DNA of 64,000 nt, taken from Octopus vulgaris. Its lineage: Eukaryota. The stretch lies in the NCBI GenBank assembly GCA_951406725.2, contig OX597828.1:26350001-26414000 (forward strand), in the 5' to 3' direction. How positions within the stretch are numbered: position 1 is the first letter of the stretch; each line of letters opens with the position of its first letter. The position numbers and the translations under genes are program-made. Below the pieces are notes generated by a model that was given only the letters and a program-made list of their open reading frames with translations, did not search any database and was not told the DNA's origin. Shown here piece after piece: positions 12,771 to 25,087 of the stretch.

Positions 12771-12948
12771 TAATGTTGTCTTAAGGCTCCCGAGCACATT
12801 CAGCATTTGCCCAGGGGCTAGTGACATCATGGGTCTAGGGATTCAATTCTGGTCTATGTATGCTGTGGTTTGCTGTCAATAAATAAAACTATAAGGGCCC
12901 AGTGCGCTGATTTGCCCAAAAGCCTATAATGCTGCCAAAACAACACTG
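12771..12948. mobile_element. Degenerate hAT-like MITE
   Basis: Imperfect terminal inverted repeats (taatgttgtcttaa ... ccaaaacaacactg) and repeated subterminal atttgccc motifs. The 3' end gcctataatgctgccaaaacaacactg resembles ends of hAT-type MITEs recalled from other animals. Confidence 0.5.
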
Positions 12949-14213
12949 TGTGTGTATTTGTTTAAGTCACTGGGCTGTAGTCATGCTGGGTGACCACCTT
13001 GTATGTATATACTGCACAATGTGCATAGAAACATGCACACATATATACACATACATAATGTAAATATGTGCACACACACACGTCTTATCACTGCTTCATA
13101 TAAAAGCACCATTTTTCTTAAAAGAAAATGTGATATTGGAAGGGTGATAGGTGGGGGAGGAAACAGTGAAATTGTACTTCAACTTTTAACAATTTTATTC
13201 ATTCATCTATTATTATTATTATTATTATTTCATTTTGGTTCACTGATAAAGTCTCTCCAGAAAGAATTGAAATATTGTAAAGTCATTTCAAGATTCATTA
13301 TAGAAAAGAGAGTGGGGTTTCTTTAAAACAAGGACAGATATACATGTATGTATGTACATTTGTGTGTGTGTGTCTGTGTGCATATGTATATATAAATTTA
13401 TAATAATTATTGTCATCACTATTTAATTACCTATTTTCCATTGTGGCATGGATTGGATGGTTTTATATATAGGTATACACACACACAATTCTTTGACAAT
13501 TTAAAAACTTTTCCATGGCCACCACCGTTTACCATGCTATAGATTACGAAATCATAGACTAAAATATGGGAATCTAAGTCAGAGAGAGAGAGAGAAACAG
13601 CGAGAATTGATGATTCCACCATTACCTCCATCACCTTTTATGACACAATTTACTGCCCAAACCAGATCCAAGTTTATAATAAACTTATAATGTTGAAACT
13701 GTATTGCAGTTACATATGTTGTGTTTTTAAATCCGATGCTTTTGGGAAGAATAAGAAGGAAGAAAATTTAAAAAAAAACATTAAAAAAATATAATATATC
13801 AGACGGTGGTGATGGAGGTAGTGAAGGTGATCGTATCTGCTATTAATATGGATTTAGTAACTGGAGCAAAAATGCTAAAATGCAATAATGTTTGGTAATT
13901 GTTTCAGTTTTTCTACCATTAAAGGACATTTGTCAATAGCACTGTTCCTTCTCGGATTCTGTGCAAAGGAGTCTTAGTTTTTTTTTTTTTGTACTGATTT
14001 ATTATAGTTTTTATTTTCTTTAAAGAAAAAAGGGGGAAAAAAATTGAATGAAGTGAAAAAAAATGAATTCAAATTATATAACAAAATGAATTGAAAAAGG
14101 GACAAAGAAAACAAAGGAGAGAGAGAGAGGTGAATACATGAGTAAAATACCCAAGTAGCAGTGGTGATGATATTATTGTTATTATTATTATTGTTATTAT
14201 TATTAGTGGTGGT

Positions 14214-14220
14214 AGTAGAT

Positions 14221-14292
<72 letters not shown>
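14214..14292. repeat. (TAG)n microsatellite
   Basis: Read directly; it produces the poly-Tyr pseudo-ORF 14203..14385. Confidence 0.95.
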
Positions 14293-14627
14293 AAGCAGAT
14301 ATGAAACTACTGATATGGCTAAATATATCTTGGAAGCTGAGATGTATATAGTTTCATGCTGGAATTGATTGGACATGCACTGCATACATGTCTACTCACA
14401 GCAAATGCAATGGAATGGTAAATTAGACGTACTTCTTGAAAAAAAAAAAAACATACAAAAGAAGAAAAAAAACCCACATGTAAAGATGGTGGTAAATGTT
14501 AGATTGAATAATTACGAGCAGATGAATATGGGGACATGTGGTGACATCATGGTACATTAACATAGCGTACGAGATGTCAGTGTGGATGCATACACATGTA
14601 AACAGAGCATACATGTGTATATACATG

Positions 14628-14660
<33 letters not shown>

Positions 14661-16064
14661 GTACATATATATATATATATATTGCAATAAGCATACATAT
14701 CTATGCATTCGTACACATACAGTATATAACACACACGCATATATATATTTATATATACATACACACAGAGTATATAATATATTATATATATGCACATACA
14801 CCCACACACTTATATGACAGAATTAATACTGTTAATTGCTGTTTGTAGTTGAATAAAAATACACTCACCAACACATGCACATGCATGTATATACACTCGC
14901 ATGCATACACTGACACACACACAGACATACCCCCTGATATATGATGTGCAGTAAAATTTAATAGCAACAAGGTAAGAAAATGGAGGCGGGGGGAAACAGT
15001 TGTAATGAATGAAATCCAATCTCCTGTCCAATGAATACTTAAACGCATCGATGAGTTTAAGCTGATCAGTAATATCAGAGGTTAGAGGAAGGAACAAATG
15101 TGCTGTGAAGAAATGGAAGCATCTTGGACAGTGGGTAATAAGGCATCATCGAAGAAAGAGAGGGGGAGAGAGAAAGAGAGAGAGAGAGAGAACCACAGAG
15201 GTGATGATGGCGAAGAAGTCACTGAGACAGTGAAGTAATTTAGAACTAGTTTTAATGGTGAAAAAAGAGAATAAATTGCTATTTAAGAAACTTTTCCAGT
15301 GATAAAAAGATAAAAATAAAACAAAAATATAAAATATTTAAATATTTGCAACAAGAGAGAATGGAATGTTTGAGAAAGAAAGACTTGCTTTTTTTTTTCT
15401 TTGTTATAAACTTTTTTCTTGTTTTCCTTCATTTTTATATTGAAATTTTTTTGTTAGCTAGATATTTGTATATTGTTGTTGTTGGATTTATTAGAGTCTG
15501 TGTAAGTATTACCATTTCTAAAATGCCAGTTCCTGCCTTCTGACATATTTCAGTAAAGTGTCATTTGTAATGTAATGATCGACATGCTTCTCTAATTTTG
15601 AAGAGACATTCAGTGGGGATTCTCTGCTCAACCACCCGTGACAATAGAAACCAGCTACTGGGGGTAATGAAGAAAATTGGAACAGAAAAATACCATATTA
15701 TCTACCAGCCTCTTTCTTTCTTTGTGTGTGTGTTTATATATATGTATGTATATGTATGTATATATATGTATAAAACTGCACAGAAATGGAGATCATAGCC
15801 AACTAAGTTTTTATATGGTTAGATTCCAATTGAAGCAGTTGCCAAGGATACGTTGGAGGAAGGAATAAATGCCAGAGAAAGGCGGTTGAGGTTATGCTGA
15901 AAGCAAGTTAAAGAGAAACATGGCTAGTTTTGAAGAGATTCATAGCATAGCACCGAGGAACTCATTCACAAAATGAATAACTAAACAGGTTGCTTATTCC
16001 ATGGCATGTGACACCGCCCACCGAAGAGAGAAAGAGAGAAGTGCCGGTGGGGGGGGGGGGAGAA

Positions 16065-16142
16065 AAGAAAAAAGGCAGACAGGAAATTAAAATGCTAATC
16101 AGAGAATGGAAAGAGAAAGAGAGAGATAGGATAGAGATAAAG
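16065..16142 (+). repeat. Source copy of a ~76-78 bp local direct duplication (second copy at 17135-17210)
   Basis: aagaaaaaaggcagacagRaaattaaaatgctaatcagagaatggaaagagaaagagaga(ga)taggatagagataaag occurs at both places. Confidence 0.92.
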
Positions 16143-16175
16143 TGAGAGTGAGTGGCAGAGAGAGGGAGAGGGGGG

Positions 16176-16226
<51 letters not shown>

Positions 16227-16790
16227 GTCTGGGGAGTTGAATTGACTTCAGTCAATTACTAGTACACTACTTTAAGAAGTTTAGGCAGACTCATTTAGTC
16301 GAAATTCTCAATACAAATTAGACAATAAACAACAAAAAAAAAACGATAATAAAACGACTTATGAAGATAATAATGATACTGATGATAATGATGAAAAATT
16401 ACAATAACACACACACACACACACACACATGGAAACAAAAAGAAAGTAAGAGCAAAGACAAGAACACAGCTCAATTGGCTGGCAATTTGACCTAAATAGC
16501 TCCGAATAATTATTATGCAGAAGCAAAATCCAAAATGGTGAGTGTTAGTTGGTATATGATGACACTACGCCTGCAAGAGGCTGAAAGCAATACATACATA
16601 CATACACACAGGCACATACATACATACATTCATATAGACAAATATCATACATATTCTTCCAACGGCAACCAAAAAGTGTGCATCCTCAAAATATGTAAAT
16701 AACAACAACAATAATAATGATGATGATAATAATAATAAAGGAAATGATAATGACGATAATGGAGCAATTTATAAAAATTAAATTCAAACT

Positions 16791-16826
<36 letters not shown>

Positions 16827-17002
16827 GTAATAATAATGATGATAATCATAATAAAATCTATAAATGTTTATAACTAAAACATCCTGAGGAAAATTCAGTT
16901 TGTTTCATTAACGAAAACCTGGTTTTTATTTATAACACTCACAAACATGCATACATATTCACATCCACCTCTGAACAGCTTGCTTCTGTCTGCCTGCCTT
17001 AG

Positions 17003-17038
<36 letters not shown>

Positions 17039-17210
17039 TTTTGTGATTCTTGATGCATTTGCTTTACTCAATGAGGAATGACATATGACAATAAACTTCA
17101 ATGTAGAAGCTAACTCTGAGACTAAGACTTTGACAAGAAAAAAGGCAGACAGAAAATTAAAATGCTAATCAGAGAATGGAAAGAGAAAGAGAGATAGGAT
17201 AGAGATAAAG

Positions 17211-17360
17211 GTTGGCATCAGGAAGGGCATCCAGCCGTAGAAACACTGCCAGATCTGACTTGGCCTGATGAAGCCTTCCAGCTTCACAGACCCCAGTTGA
17301 ACCGTCCAACCCATGCTAGCATGGAGAGCGGATACTAAATGATGATGATGATGATGATGA
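17211..17360 (+). mobile_element. 5'-truncated RTE 3' end with (GAT)n tail
   Basis: gttggcatcaggaagggcatccagccgtagaaacactgccagatctgac...gtccaacccatgctagcatgg...(gat)n matches ~419-563. Confidence 0.9.
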
Positions 17361-17589
17361 TCCCATTTAGCCAGCTCTGGATTGCCCTCCTATCATTGCA
17401 TCGCTGTACAAGTCATAATGGTGGTAATACTCGTCTTAAGAGCACATTGGTGGTGAACCTCATTGGTGATAAGACAAGTGTGATAGTGAAGCCTCTAAAC
17501 ATGCTTTCCATCATAGAGACATTTTTTTGTTTAGTGAGCCCTCTTTTGTATGTGGGAACACTCTGAGCTCAACGCTGTCAGCAGAAAAA

Positions 17590-17755
17590 TCATCATCACT
17601 ATCATTATCATCATTTAAGGTCTGTTTGCCATGTCAACACAACTGGAATCGTTTGACAGGGTCCAGGGAGCTGCAGGGCTGCTTCATACTCCAAAGTCAG
17701 CTTTGTGTAGTTTCCATGGCTAGATGCCCTCCTTAACACCAACCACTTTACTATG
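17590..17755 (-). mobile_element. Degraded RTE 3' end
   Basis: (CAT)n followed by ...gtttccatggctagatgccctccttaacaccaaccacttta, the reverse of the shared 3' block. Confidence 0.7.
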
Positions 17756-18121
17756 TGTGTTTGGAGGTATTTTCGGTCCCCTGTCTTTGATTAAAATACA
17801 GTACATGATACCTACATTTCTTCAATGTATACAATGCTTCTGAGAGTTTAAGTAGAATCTTTACTAGAAACACAATGTCTGGGAGACACAAATCACTGAT
17901 GTTCTATGAGTTAGGTCAACTGTTTCCGATTTAAGTTTTCCATCTCCCAAAACAATCGTGGACAGGAAGTGCTAGTAAGAATGAAAGAGATTCACACGAC
18001 ACACATGAAAGAAAAAATGGAGCAGCTTTCAAAAGAATTTGGAACTATGTTTGGAAATCAAAAAGTGCCACACAGTTTCTTTTCTTTGCTTTTTTCTTTC
18101 TTTATTATTATCATTATTATT

Positions 18122-18485
18122 AAGGCAGTGAACTAGCAGAAGCATACCAGGTGAATTGCTTAGCGGTATTTCATCTGTCTTTACGTTCTGAGTTCAAATT
18201 CTGCTGAGGTTGACTTTGCCTTTCATCCTTTCAGGGTCGATAAATTAAGTACCAGTTGCATACTGGGATCGATCTAATTTCAGGCCTTGTGCCTAGAGCA
18301 GAAAAGAATCATTAGCACATTGGACAAAATGCTGCTAAGCATTTCGTCCATCTTTACATTGCTGGGTTCAAATTCTGCTGAGGTCAACTTTGCTGTCCAT
18401 TCATCAGGGTTGATGAAATGAGAACAATTTTGAATTCAGTGGTCGATGTAATCAACTTAAGGCCTTGTGCCTATAGTAGACAGCA
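18122..18485 (+). mobile_element. Two tandem family A SINEs
   Basis: ctgagttcaaattctgctgaggttgactttgcctttcatcctttcagggtcgataaattaagtaccag at ~18188 and a second copy at ~18362, preceded by (TTA)n. Confidence 0.85.
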
Positions 18486-18649
18486 CCATCATTGTTATCA
18501 TTATTACTGTTGTTGTAGTTGATGATGATGATGATGATGATGTTTTAAATTTATTAAAGGTGAAATATTTAAGTATAAACAAAATTCGGTTCTGGAAGAT
18601 GAAAATACATTTGTGAACATACATGCATATATTTATGCATGTGCACGTA

Positions 18650-18687
<38 letters not shown>

Positions 18688-18692
<5 letters not shown>

Positions 18693-18769
18693 GTGTCCCA
18701 GAAAGTCTGTCAGATCTTTAAATATAAAAGATTTTAAAAACGTAGCTTTACTTGTGGAACACCTTTGTA
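18688..18769. mobile_element. Possible tiny Tc1/mariner-type MITE remnant
   Basis: Imperfect inverted ends ta-aaagtgtcccagaaagt ... acttgtggaacacctttg-ta. Confidence 0.3.
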
Positions 18770-19091
18770 TGCATAAATATATTTTTGTGTGTGAGAGCTT
18801 ATAAGCATTTCAAACACAAACACACACACACATATACATATGTATATATGTATGTATGTATATGCACATAAACACACTGATAATATATGCAGTGTGTTTC
18901 ACTGCATATTGGAAAGGCAGAGAGACAGCCAAAGAGGAAAGAGAGAGAGAGAGAAGAAAGGAAGGAAAGGAAAGAGTGAGACAGCATAAATGCCTGTATG
19001 AAAAGAATGAAGAGAATGTGAATGAATGACTGTATGAATAAATGAATGAATGAATGTATGCCACTGTATAATAGAAAGATCAAAAGAAAGA

Positions 19092-19125
<34 letters not shown>

Positions 19126-19651
19126 TCAATGAATAGAAAGGAAGGAAGAAATAAAGAAAGAACAAAAGGGAGAGATATAGAAAAGAAAAAAGAAAGAAGA
19201 CGAAAGAAAACCTCGAATGAAAATAAGAGAAAAAGAGAGAAAGAGAAGAAAATGTAATAATGAAGAAGTTGATTAAGAAGAAAAAAAAGAATGAAATAAG
19301 AACAAGAAAGAAGAAAAGAAATGCGGCAGTAAAGGGAGAAGAAAAGAGAGGATGTGAATGTTGCTTAGAGAATTGAAATTAGGAGAGAGAAAATGAAGAA
19401 TGCAGGAAAAAAAAAAAAAATTAGAGATGGAGGGCGGTGGGGGTGGGGGTGGAGTGGGGGGAATAGAGTGAAATGAAAATAGAAGAAAATCTAAAAGTAA
19501 AACTAAATAAAATGTAGTTCGTACCATGTGGGCAGGAAGTTGAATTTACTCACCAAAATGACTTTGTTGAGGAGCAATAAAGAGTATTTTTCCTCTTTTG
19601 TACAATAACAGAGAAATTCTGCTTAATTAAGATTTTGTTTTTCACTTACAA

Positions 19652-19693
<42 letters not shown>

Positions 19694-19813
19694 CTATCTT
19701 ACTTCAGTCATGCACTCTGTTACTCTCACTCTCTCTCTCTCTCTTTCAAGTCTATTTGGTCAGCTTCTATAGTTTGTTCTGTACTTGACAAGCAATTCAA
19801 GTAGTTAAGGTAA

Positions 19814-19854
<41 letters not shown>

Positions 19855-21204
19855 CCTGCTTCGCCACACATTCAATAGCAAGAAATATTATTTCCATGCT
19901 GCTTCAGGTGAGACAACTAATTATCTAATGATACTAAAATAGATATATCATTAAATTCAGTGTCTAATGACTTTTGAGGATGGAAGTTATTTATTTATTT
20001 TTGTTTCACATATTTTATAATTATATATATATATTATCCATTGATATATATTGATGTTCCAAGCTAACATGGGTTGGATGGGTTTGTAACATTAGATATT
20101 TGCACAAATGAAGCTATGTCACATCACTGAACATATAATAAAAGATGAGATGAATTCTGGCTCCTTTCTGAGTTCCTCCCAGTTAACTGAAGCTATGTCA
20201 GCTACAATATCTTGTGAAGCCAATACAATGCATTTAAAAGGGATACAGGCTGATGAGGAACCCTTCTGAGCCAATGAGAGAGCCTCTACACAGTTAATGG
20301 ACCTGGTAGAAATAGCAACCAAACCTCACTCAAATTCCATCTTAAAATCTTAAAATGAGGAGATATGATGGTTACAACAGAAACACCTCTGAGGCTCTCA
20401 GAACTTCTACAGATGGCCATGGATGGAGAGGAGTAAACTCCAATATGAAAAGGATAGGATTTCAGCATAAGACATCGACTGCTTTCAACCTTCGAGATAT
20501 CACAAAAGATTCCATCAATCTTATAAACTATGAACAGAAAACTACATCACACAGATTCGGTTAGAATGCATGGTTTAGTTTGTTTTTGATTTTTGCAGAT
20601 GACATTAGTTAAAAGTTAATTCTAGTTATTAGTACAACAACTGCAAAGCTTTTCTACTTCACGTTTTACTGAGTTAAGATTAGTTAAAGTTTAGTAGTAA
20701 ACAGTAAGTAGTAAAACAAAACAACTAACAATTAACTTCTATTAATGCAAATGGCTTTGGTTACTAAATGTTGTCTTACCTGTAATTACTATCCTGGATA
20801 AAAGAGGAAATTTTTTTAAAGTTAACGAAAAGAAATAAAATTTATTGTTAATCAATCAAATTGTAATAGTCATGAAATCTCATTCCTCCCTTATTAAATT
20901 TTTTTTGCTCTATTTGTCCCTTCATATCTGGTGAGGATGATCAGTTTTATTATTTGTGGTGGAACTGATATTGGAAACAACAATCCATATGTATAAAGTA
21001 ATAACTGGACATGTCTACGATGAGTTTCTGCAGATTGTTTACATGTCCAATGGGTCAGCTTTCAGCTTTACGGTCAGTTCAATTCTTTAGATAATAGAAA
21101 TAACATTAGAACATTAGAATTCATAGGCTTAGTTAGATAGATGGTTTCCATGATATAGAGAGGATCAAGACCACAACATTTCCCTCTACCCCAGCCTACC
21201 CCTG

Positions 21205-21360
21205 CCAGCAGGGAGACCCATTTCCAGCTGAGTGGTTTGCAGCAATGGAAAATGAAATGTTCTGCTCAAAAACTCAAAAGCACTGCTCAGTCCAGGAATC
21301 AAAACTATGATCTGGTAATCATGAGTGCAACACCCGAACCATTAGGCCATCTGCCTTCAC
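21205..21360 (-). mobile_element. tRNA-derived SINE head (family C), degraded
   Basis: catgagtgcaacacccgaaccattaggcca is the reverse of the A-box and ccaggaatcaaaac the reverse of the B-box; cagctgagtgg is related to 58856-59185. Confidence 0.7.
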
Positions 21361-22692
21361 CTCAAACAATAAAGAAAAAATGGGGAGGGGGAGATGACAA
21401 ATATAGCCGGTCACTCAGCATTTTTTATTTATCATTAAACGAACAACAGTTTCTTTCTTGTTTGCTTTCAATCCGAAATTGAGCTTATTTTGAAGAAATT
21501 ACACCAAAAGTTATGACACTAATTGAGGCAGTGCCAGCAAATGAAATTGTGGCACCAAATGGAGTTGTGACTCACAAGAGAGGTTAATGTAAACAGCCTA
21601 ACATAGAAACAAGATGTCCAAAGCTGGCAATGATGAAATTGAACACTGATACATCAAATACATAAAAACAACAGCAATGACCAATGATTGGGTAATAAAT
21701 TTGCTAACAAAGAGATGGGAGTCAAGGGAGAAATATTCAGACCCAAATATTAGTCTCTTTACAACACACCCACCTTGAGGTCATTAACAATGACTAAATG
21801 CACTGACATTGTCATTGGGGATTAGGCAGTGCATGTGTGTCAATGTATATGTCTATATACATGTATGTAAAAATATATTTGCTTATATTATGTACACACA
21901 CACACACACACACATACATATATATTATGTATGTGTGTGTATATATATAAGAATATTAGCAACAATCTCTAAGCTTGCTAAGAAAACTAGCAACGGCCAA
22001 ATGGTTTGGGAGTAGCACTGAAAGTCTTGTAAACAAGAACAGATGGTGTAGAAGTAAAACAGAACACAATAAAAATACATGCAAATAAACAAATAAGTAA
22101 ATAAATTAAATAAATAGTGAGAGTCTTCTCTCAGGCTTGTTGCTCTTGTGAGATGATTATTTATGTGAGAATCTTGTAGATTACAATTGTACAGCTACCA
22201 ACCACAGCTGGTCAATGATAAAAGGCTTAAGTTAAAAAGTGTGTGCAGTGAACAGCCTGTTGCTGAGTCAGAGAGAGTAAATCATAGCCTCCTCGTTGAA
22301 CAATGAAATATATAAGAAGAGAGAACCAGCTGGTGATACATATATATACCTGGCCCTGAACTTCCACTAAAATCTACATTTGAAGGGCCTACATCTTAAA
22401 ATTCAAAAATTAGGCTGTTGTTGTTGTTGTTGTCGTTGGGTCTTATTATATTTTCTTTGTAAATGAAAAGATATGGTGTTGTAATCTTTATCATTTATAT
22501 GTCATGGAAACTGAGTTAAGTTTCAGTTTTAAGAGTCCTACAACTCACAGCAGACACTAAGACTTCACACCCTAACCCTTTTCTTTCCCCCCTGCTTTTA
22601 TTTTCTCACCAACAATTTTGTGTCCAATGTGACAAGACCTGTACTCCCACCTCACTCCCCCTCCAAAGAATGACATGTATCTGAACCATTAA

Positions 22693-22913
22693 CCCTTTCG
22701 TTACCAACCCAGCTGAAACCGGCTCTGGCTCTGTAGTACAAATGTCTTATTTTCAAAAGTTCTGAATTAAAATCTTCCACCAAGCCTTAGTCACAATTTA
22801 TGTTCCTAACACTATCTGAATGATAACCAAGTTATTTTACTAAATTCTTTGTTATATTTAAAGTAATTTAAAGAAACACAGAGCATCTCAAAATAAATAC
22901 AGTAACGAAAGGG
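22693..22913. mobile_element. piggyBac-type MITE (221 bp)
   Basis: Perfect 12 bp TIRs CCCTTTCGTTAC / GTAACGAAAGGG with TTAA on both sides (22689-22692 and 22914-22917). CCC termini plus a TTAA TSD define the piggyBac superfamily. Confidence 0.92.
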
Positions 22914-23249
22914 TTAATATTTCTCTCTTTTCCCTCATGGCATAAAATGTATTTCTCCATTTGAAGAACAACTTGCGTGACTTTTTTGCCGACACAGAAC
23001 ATTTCTCACTTCCTTAGTTTCTTCAGTTTTATTAAGCAGATAACTAGTTTGTTGTATAAATTTTCAAGTTTCATTTTTAATTACCATTTATTTTAGTTTA
23101 TCAATTAACCCTTTTAGACCTAAATTATTTTTTTAAATAATGTAAAAAAACAAAAAATTCCTATGGTTTAAAATCACTCATGCTGTGAATAGATAACAGC
23201 ATGTAAAAAATATAACAGATTTCAAATCAGAATTTTTGGTAAAAAATAA

Positions 23250-23620
23250 GTATGGCTGTGTGGTAAGAAGTTTGCTTCCCAACCACAATGGTTCCAGGTT
23301 CAGTCCCACTGCATGGCACCTTGGGCAAGTATCTCTTACTATAGTCTTGGGCTGACTGACCAAAGCATTGTAAGTGGATTTGGTAGGTGGAAACTGAAAG
23401 AAGTCTGTCATATATATGTGTGTGTGTTTGTGTCCCCCAACACTGCTAGACAACCAATATTGGAGTGTTTCTGTCTCCATAACTCAGCAGTTTGGCTAAA
23501 GAGGCTGATAGGGTTAGGGTTAAAAACAGATAAGTATTGAGGTTGATTCACTTGACTAAAACATCTCCAAAGTGGTACCCCAGCATGGCCACAGACCATA
23601 ACTGAAACAAATAAAAGATA
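23250..23620 (+). mobile_element. Family B CORE-like tRNA SINE, full length
   Basis: A-box tggctgtgtggtaag, B-box ggttcagtccc, CORE-like ggcaccttgggcaagt, internal (TA)(TG)n, and 3' cccagcatggccacag...actgaaacaaataaaagat. Confidence 0.9.
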
Positions 23621-23884
23621 AAATAAATATGAAAACAAAATTTACCTGTCTCAGTTGTCACATTGTCACATGACCTGTGAATGGACTTTTGACACTAATT
23701 AACAGAAATTCTCATAAAACCATAAACCTTGTTGCTAACCTTGAATGCTTCGAAGCAAGCTTACCAATATGTACGTTAGTCTTGTATCAAGAACCATATG
23801 AAACTAGTGAAGATAAATGAGAGAATGATGGACTCTTGAATGAGACAAAAGAGCAAAAGAGGTTTCCAGAACCTTGACAGCTGT

Positions 23885-24045
23885 AGGTCACTTGAGCTTC
23901 TACAAATAGCAAAATCTTCCTCGGGTCACACCAAATTTAAAAGAGGGGACAATGAATAAATAATGTAGTTCTGGATATACAATATATGAATAAAAAATAG
24001 GAAGGTCATAACTAGACTACCTTTCATCATAGGTTTGCTGTGGGT
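23885..24045. repeat. Family D dispersed repeat, opposite orientation to 4548-4740
   Basis: aaatagcaaaatcttcctcgggtcacacc ... ggtcataactagactacctttcatcataggtttgc. Confidence 0.5.
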
Positions 24046-24061
24046 GAATGTGTCTATATAA

Positions 24062-24110
<49 letters not shown>

Positions 24111-24400
24111 TATACGTATGTTGCTTAATGGTGAATGGATGAGAAAAACAATATCTTCGACATGTTGCAGAGGATAAGGTTTTTTTTCTATTTCATTTTT
24201 TTTTTTTATTAAAACTGTTTTGCTCTGGAATCTATTCTACAACACCAAACACTGAGTTGTAACAGTTTTGCCTGAAACTCAAGTCATGAGACAAGATCTC
24301 AGCATCAGTCTTAATAATAATAAAAAAAAACTATACATACACATACACACACATGTATGTGTGTGTGTGTAAATGTATCTGTACATGCACATGTACAGAT

Positions 24401-24448
24401 ACAGAGACACATGTATACAGAGACACATGTATACAGAGACACATGTAT
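24401..24448. repeat. 3 x 16 bp minisatellite ACAGAGACACATGTAT
   Basis: Three exact tandem copies. Confidence 0.9.
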
Positions 24449-24844
24449 AACACAATCATTCTGTATTAACAAAAGAAATGTTATAATTATTGAGGTAATT
24501 TTGAATTATTTTACCTTCCAAATTATATTTCTGAACAACAGCAATATTTCCATCTCAAATAGCAAATAAAATTTTTAAAACAGTTTATAGAAATATATGA
24601 AAGAACTCTGAATGCGCATGTGCACACACACATACGTGCGTGTATGTGTGTGTGTGAGCACATTTTTATAAAACATATAATTATTATATTATAGCACATA
24701 TGTCCTACTTAATTCCAGCTTAATAGCTGGCAGCCACGTTCGGCATAAGGCTGCATACAGCTCACTAATGCTGCTCAACCATAATGACAATGATCATGAT
24801 GATGGGCATGTATGGCAAATGGAACCACTAAATGCATGTGAGAA

Positions 24845-25087
24845 TAATTTTTTCAAATTTTGGCACAAAACCAGAAATTTTGAGGAAGAGTGTATGTGTG
24901 TGTGTGTGTTTGTGTAGAGGGGGGTCTGACTCCCAGTACTTGACTGGTACCATATTTCATTGACTCCAAAATGATGAAAAGCAAGGTTGACCTTGGCAGG
25001 ATTTGAACTGAGAATGTAGGCAGCTGGAAGAAATGGCATTGAGCATTTTGCCTGCCACTCTAACCATTCAGTCAGCTCATCACCTCA
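24845..25087 (-). mobile_element. Family A SINE, degraded, followed by a long (AAT)n tract (25099-25192)
   Basis: gatgaaaagcaaggttgaccttggcaggatttgaactgagaatgt. Confidence 0.75.

Noticed and set aside
22191-22340. Resemblance to miR-34 (reverse) and miR-317 around CAGCTGGT motifs
   Set aside because: The matches are partial with seed-region indels, lie on opposite strands and have no precursor hairpins. They are more simply E-box-like CAGCTG words.
23508-23523. Telomeric-like (TTAGGG) stretch atagggttagggtta
   Set aside because: Only about two units, inside a SINE 3' module; insufficient for an interstitial telomeric array.
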